Origin: Harriotta raleighana
Taxonomy: Eukaryota
NCBI GenBank assembly: GCA_050575255.1
Contig: JBNZDD010013726.1
Coordinates: forward strand, 7,325,156-7,389,155
Direction: 5' to 3'
DNA: 64,000 nt
Made by a program: the position numbers and the translations under genes. Under the pieces are notes generated by a model. That model saw nothing but the letters and a program-made list of their open reading frames with translations, ran no database searches and had not been told where the DNA came from. Shown one piece after another: positions 59,550 through 64,000 of this stretch. Position 1 is the first letter of the stretch, and each line of letters opens with the position of its first letter.

Positions 59550-61778
59550 GGTGTGATTGGGGGTGGGGGGGGGTAGATCCAGGAATTCTCTGACGGTGTT
59601 AAGCGGGAGAGATGACCTGTGAGAAGCGTTAACGTGAAACCCCAGAATAAGCAAGAAATACCTTTCATTGTTTTTCGCGGATTAACTGCCGACATTATTC
59701 ACACGCTCCGCTGGTGTCTCTATTGCCTGCAAATAGATGAAGAGAGAGAGAGCTCGTTCGACTGATGACAGTCATACAAAACCTACCATGGACTTCACAT
59801 CACTTTCCCATCGCTTGGTGGAGGGGGAAGAGGGTGGGGGGGGAGGGGATGGTGTATCAATTACCCCCTCAACCACAACGTTAATTAAGTGAATGAATCC
59901 ATGAATAATCCCCCCACCCCCTCCATCTTTCTTTCCTATTCCACCTGGCCTCTTTCGCTACGCAGTTCGCATTCTCCCCCACTGCTCTAGCAGCTCAACA
60001 ATCATTGTGATCCTTTCAGTCCATCTCTATTCATACATACAGTTCCCCAATGCTATTCTCTGTGGATTCATATCACATTACAGCACAGAAATAGGCCACC
60101 AGTCGCAGCTAGTCCGCCTGCTCTGTCCCTTTACTTCACAGTTTATCCGGAATCCGCTTTCCTGCCGATCGCTTTCTCGAACATCCGGCTTCTATCCGGC
60201 TCTCCTCGTGTTAAAATGCTGATACAACACTGGCTCGGTATTTTCCTATCAGCACTACACAACTCGAAGTTCTCCAACTCGAAGTTGAGAACACGATCCC
60301 GAGATATACTGTACATCAAATATTCCCAGTGTTCTCTCCCCACAAGATCAGCTTCAGTTCGTCCTTTACAATTCACAAACACCCTAGCAGTGAGTAGAAC
60401 CTAATATGCGATCATTTGTATTGTGAGGAGCTCGAAACATTTGCCTGGGAACCTCCAGGGACCAATAATCTTTGTCCCACAGGTTTCGATTGTAAAATTA
60501 CAGACAACGAGTGATGAAAATGACTGTTTATTCATGTACACCCTGTAGAGTGGGTGTATATGAATATCCCTAGAAAAATTGGCAGCTGTGAAATGGATAT
60601 TGTGTTGGACAAAAACCTGGATCAAATGAAGTGGCTGATTCCATTCCAGCTCTTATTGTGGAGAGACTATTGCTGGGATCCCAACCCAAGTCAAAGAATG
60701 TCCCAATGCACACAGAGTAGAAATCACACATCTCTCACGCTGACTCTGCAATAACATCTCTTTCAAAATGATATCTCTCCATTACGCGTGGCCTACCTGA
60801 TCTAAGCGTAGCATCCCAATGTAGTAAGTCGTTTCACATTCAATCCCATTATAGACCCAACACTTCATTGCATTATTCACATTCAACATAGACCCCCCCT
60901 CCCACTCCCCCCCCACCAGTTATCTGTGATTTTACGCTTAAGCACAATATTATCAGAGCCACTGAACCCAAAGTGCTACAAAATGTTGGCTTTACATCCA
61001 ATTGCACTGCGAATCGTTGAGTGGAGAAGACGGATACTCACGTCTACAAACATTTCTGTTTAGAAACAGGCCATAGAAATCGCGATTTTCCGCCGTTGCT
61101 GCTTGTAATGTTTTTTAAACGAACACCCGCCTTCTCTAGATAGTCAGATGCGGCTTTTTTTAAAAAACAAAACAAGTACTCTCCAAGCGGCCACTCTTTC
61201 CAGCGTGGAAATAAAGTCGTTATTTATTAATCAATGTTATGATCATTTAGTTCTGGTCGTTTGGTTTGTTTGGGCCCCAACAGATGGGTTTGCGGCGTGG
61301 AGTCAATAACAACATTAATCTTCAGGACATCTCTCCCCATTACTGATCCCTCACAGCTACTGTAATTGAATGAAATCAGAATTCGGGTCTTAAGTTTCAT
61401 CATTAAAAAAAACACGACCTGTGCAGTATTTCTACCGAATGTCACACACCGCCTTGTCGGGGAACTAAGGGGGAACTTTGGAGTCTGAATCCAAACGCTA
61501 ATCGTTTTGATTCTGTTCACGACAGATGATTCGCATTTTCCTTTGAGTACAGCTTTAAAAGAAATATATTGTACTTGCTCCTCTCTGATTACAAGTTAGC
61601 CTAGAGGTGAGGTGGGTGACTGACCTTTTTTTTTGGCGGCGGGGGGGAGGTACATAAACGTTTACAGTAATGGATGGATGTGTGTCCAGTCGATTGTCAT
61701 TGAATGGGACTCCCCATTTTGTTGCCTCATTACAAGGCTTGTTTGCCCTCAAGGCTCGTTCCCATCCCTGGCCTGAGC

Positions 61779-61849
61779 TGACCTGAATCTGACCCAAATG
61801 TCGGACCATGACATTCCTGTGAACTTTGGATGAAACCTCGTCAAGTTCA
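61779..61849. promoter_or_regulatory. Distal RARE cluster about 6 kb upstream of CYP26A1
   Basis: TGACCT gaatc TGACCC (perfect DR5), then TGACAT tcctg TGAACT ttgga TGAAAC (chained DR5-like sites) and AGTTCA at 61844. Confidence 0.7.
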
Positions 61850-62505
61850 CCGTCCGTCCCACACACAGATGTCGCGGTGGTTGGACATGGCTGACACATT
61901 CCTCCTCGTCTTATGCCTTAATCGGTAATGGGAACACTGGACACCAAGCCACAGCTTTGCGGTTATCAAGTTTACGCGGTACCATAGAGGCCCGAGCATC
62001 CTCGTGTGAAGTGTGTGTTTTTTTAAAAAAAAATCTATATTGCAAGCTCTCCCATTTCCGCAGCAGAAAAACTGAACACAAGCAGTTCTGTCTGCATACG
62101 CACAGTATTACGAAGCCTCGATTTTTTTTTTGCATCCCAGGTTAGGTGGACAGTTTGCAGAGGACAATATGCGAAAAGGCTGTGCTTTGGTGGAATTAGC
62201 ATTTTTCCACTCTGGAGCTCACCTGAAGAAACTCACAGGGATTGAAACGATGAAGAATCCACACATGAAGCAGACCATAACCTTAACCCGTGTACAAGTT
62301 GGCGGAAATTGATTTTGTGATCATTTCAATATTTCTTCCGAGGCCGTCGGGTGTTGCAGAGGCCGTCACTTTATAGTCACCCAAATAATCATTAGTCAAG
62401 GCCAGTCTTGGGTACGATATCTACCAGCGACAGATATACTTCTGTATAGACCGAACACCAAATCTGGTGTGCACAAGAGTGAGCAGTAGCTGTTTTAATT
62501 TCACC

Positions 62506-62538
<33 letters not shown>

Positions 62539-63168
62539 GTGTGTATATATTCTGCCACCATTAAACGTTAACAGAACACTATGTGGTGTGTTGTAGATGA
62601 ATTATTGTAGTTTCAAACATAAATCACGTTTCGGGAGCTAAACAGAAACAGAGACCCACATCAACAAGCCATCATTGAAGTCTGAAACATGATTGGATTC
62701 GCGGTCATGAAAGGTGTCAGAATAAATACGCGCCAGTTGTTAAAAATAACCTCAATTTTTTTTACCCTTGACTCCAAAGAATAGATACAGGCCACAGGGT
62801 CAGTCTTGTTTTCCTTATGTTATCTGATATTCTGACACAAGTGTGCGTTAGACACAGTTCAAACCAGATTACAGTTGTTTTCTGAACCAGGATGGTGTAA
62901 TTATATGTTTGAAAACCCGTTTGATGATTCCGGATGGTGTAATTATATGCTGGAAAGTAAACAGCTTATTGTCTGGCTTCCACAAGGTTTGAAGTCAACG
63001 CAAAAGACAGATTAATGTCCCTTCAAACGTTTGGGAAAGAGAATTGTCCGAAGCATGTGGAAAGCAATGTAGGCAACGCATCAATTTCTGGGGGGGGGGG
63101 GGGGGGGGGTGTTGNTATCGTTGCAAATTAGGTTTCTGAATTATATTTCACAAACCCTTTCGCTACCT

Positions 63169-63463
63169 GGGGTGCAGCTCGGGTGGTGAGAGCACTTGGC
63201 TTCCAAGCGAGAGACCTGGGTTCGATTCCAGACAGGGAGAAACTTTGGGCAAGTTTCCTCACCACACACGCCTCATGATACTCCCTCGATTAATAAAACT
63301 CTCCTTTCAATCCACGAACTGTTTGTGGGGGACGCTGCTGTGCGCAATTGGCCGCCAAGTGTCCCCACAAATATCCAGTCAGTTCACTTTACAGTAGGTT
63401 GGGAAGTCTAGAAGACGCGATAAAGCACTATGTCAAATGCAAGGATTATTTTCATCATTATTA
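63169..63463 (+). mobile_element. Full-length SINE family A
   Basis: GGTTCGATTCC B box, GCTGTGCGCAATTGGCCGCC body, AAATGCAAGGATTA tail. Confidence 0.88.
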
Positions 63464-64000
63464 TGATAGCTTTTCGCGTTGTGAGGTGCTAACATTTCTT
63501 ATAGTGACTCTAATTCTTGTCCATGTGCATGTGGGACATATACTGTCTTTTCTTTGATGAATGATTTCTCTTCTCTCAAGATCAGTGACTCTGAGGGAGC
63601 CCCTAGAGTCCAAGCCATTAAATTTACCGGTAAACGGAATAATAAACATTTAAGACATGGGGAGGGGGGGGTGGGGGGAGTCAAAAAAACGTACTTTTTT
63701 TTTGCTGTAGGAATATTGATGCTGCTCGACGTCGATTTTCCACAGTATCATACACTCATTGAGAAATTCAATCGTAAAATTTCAGCGATGATAATGCAAA
63801 AGTACATCTCGCGTTTTTCGTTGCAATAGTTTTTGAACGCTATGATTTTATTAGTTAAGACAATTTCAGTACCGACAATTGAAGTCCAGGTATGCACAAG
63901 CAAACAATGATCATATTATTGTCATTATTATTATTATTATATTAGGTTTCATGTTTAAAATACAATAACGGAGCGAACTATTACAATTTCAAATATAAAA

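Noticed and set aside
56000-64000. Expected CYP26C1 3' exons
   Set aside because: No P450 motifs seen in the ORFs here; the gene, if present, lies outside the window.

Overview
Vertebrate genomic DNA; the repeat content suggests a cartilaginous fish (inference). Two genes lie tail to tail. On the + strand are the last 12 coding exons of myoferlin (MYOF; 438-50332), encoding the C-terminal C2 domains and transmembrane anchor; all splice phases join in frame. On the - strand is CYP26A1 (retinoic acid hydroxylase; ATG 55631, stop 51696), with six of seven exons visible and exon 2 most likely inside an N gap. Three observations stand out. (1) The stop codons are only 1.36 kb apart and two facing AATAAA signals lie 30 nt apart, suggesting a shared bidirectional polyadenylation site with abutting or overlapping 3' ends. 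(2) Six perfect DR5 retinoic acid response elements were found by eye: three upstream of CYP26A1 and three inside the two longest MYOF introns, plus DR1/DR2/IR1 composites. This suggests a CYP26A1 feedback-enhancer landscape embedded in the neighbouring gene. (3) CYP26A1 intron 4 has a weak donor and a rare GAG/GAG tandem acceptor. The rest is SINEs, L2/CR1 fragments, a Tc1/mariner-type MITE, simple repeats and assembly artefacts. No databases were searched; family calls rest on recalled sequence knowledge.
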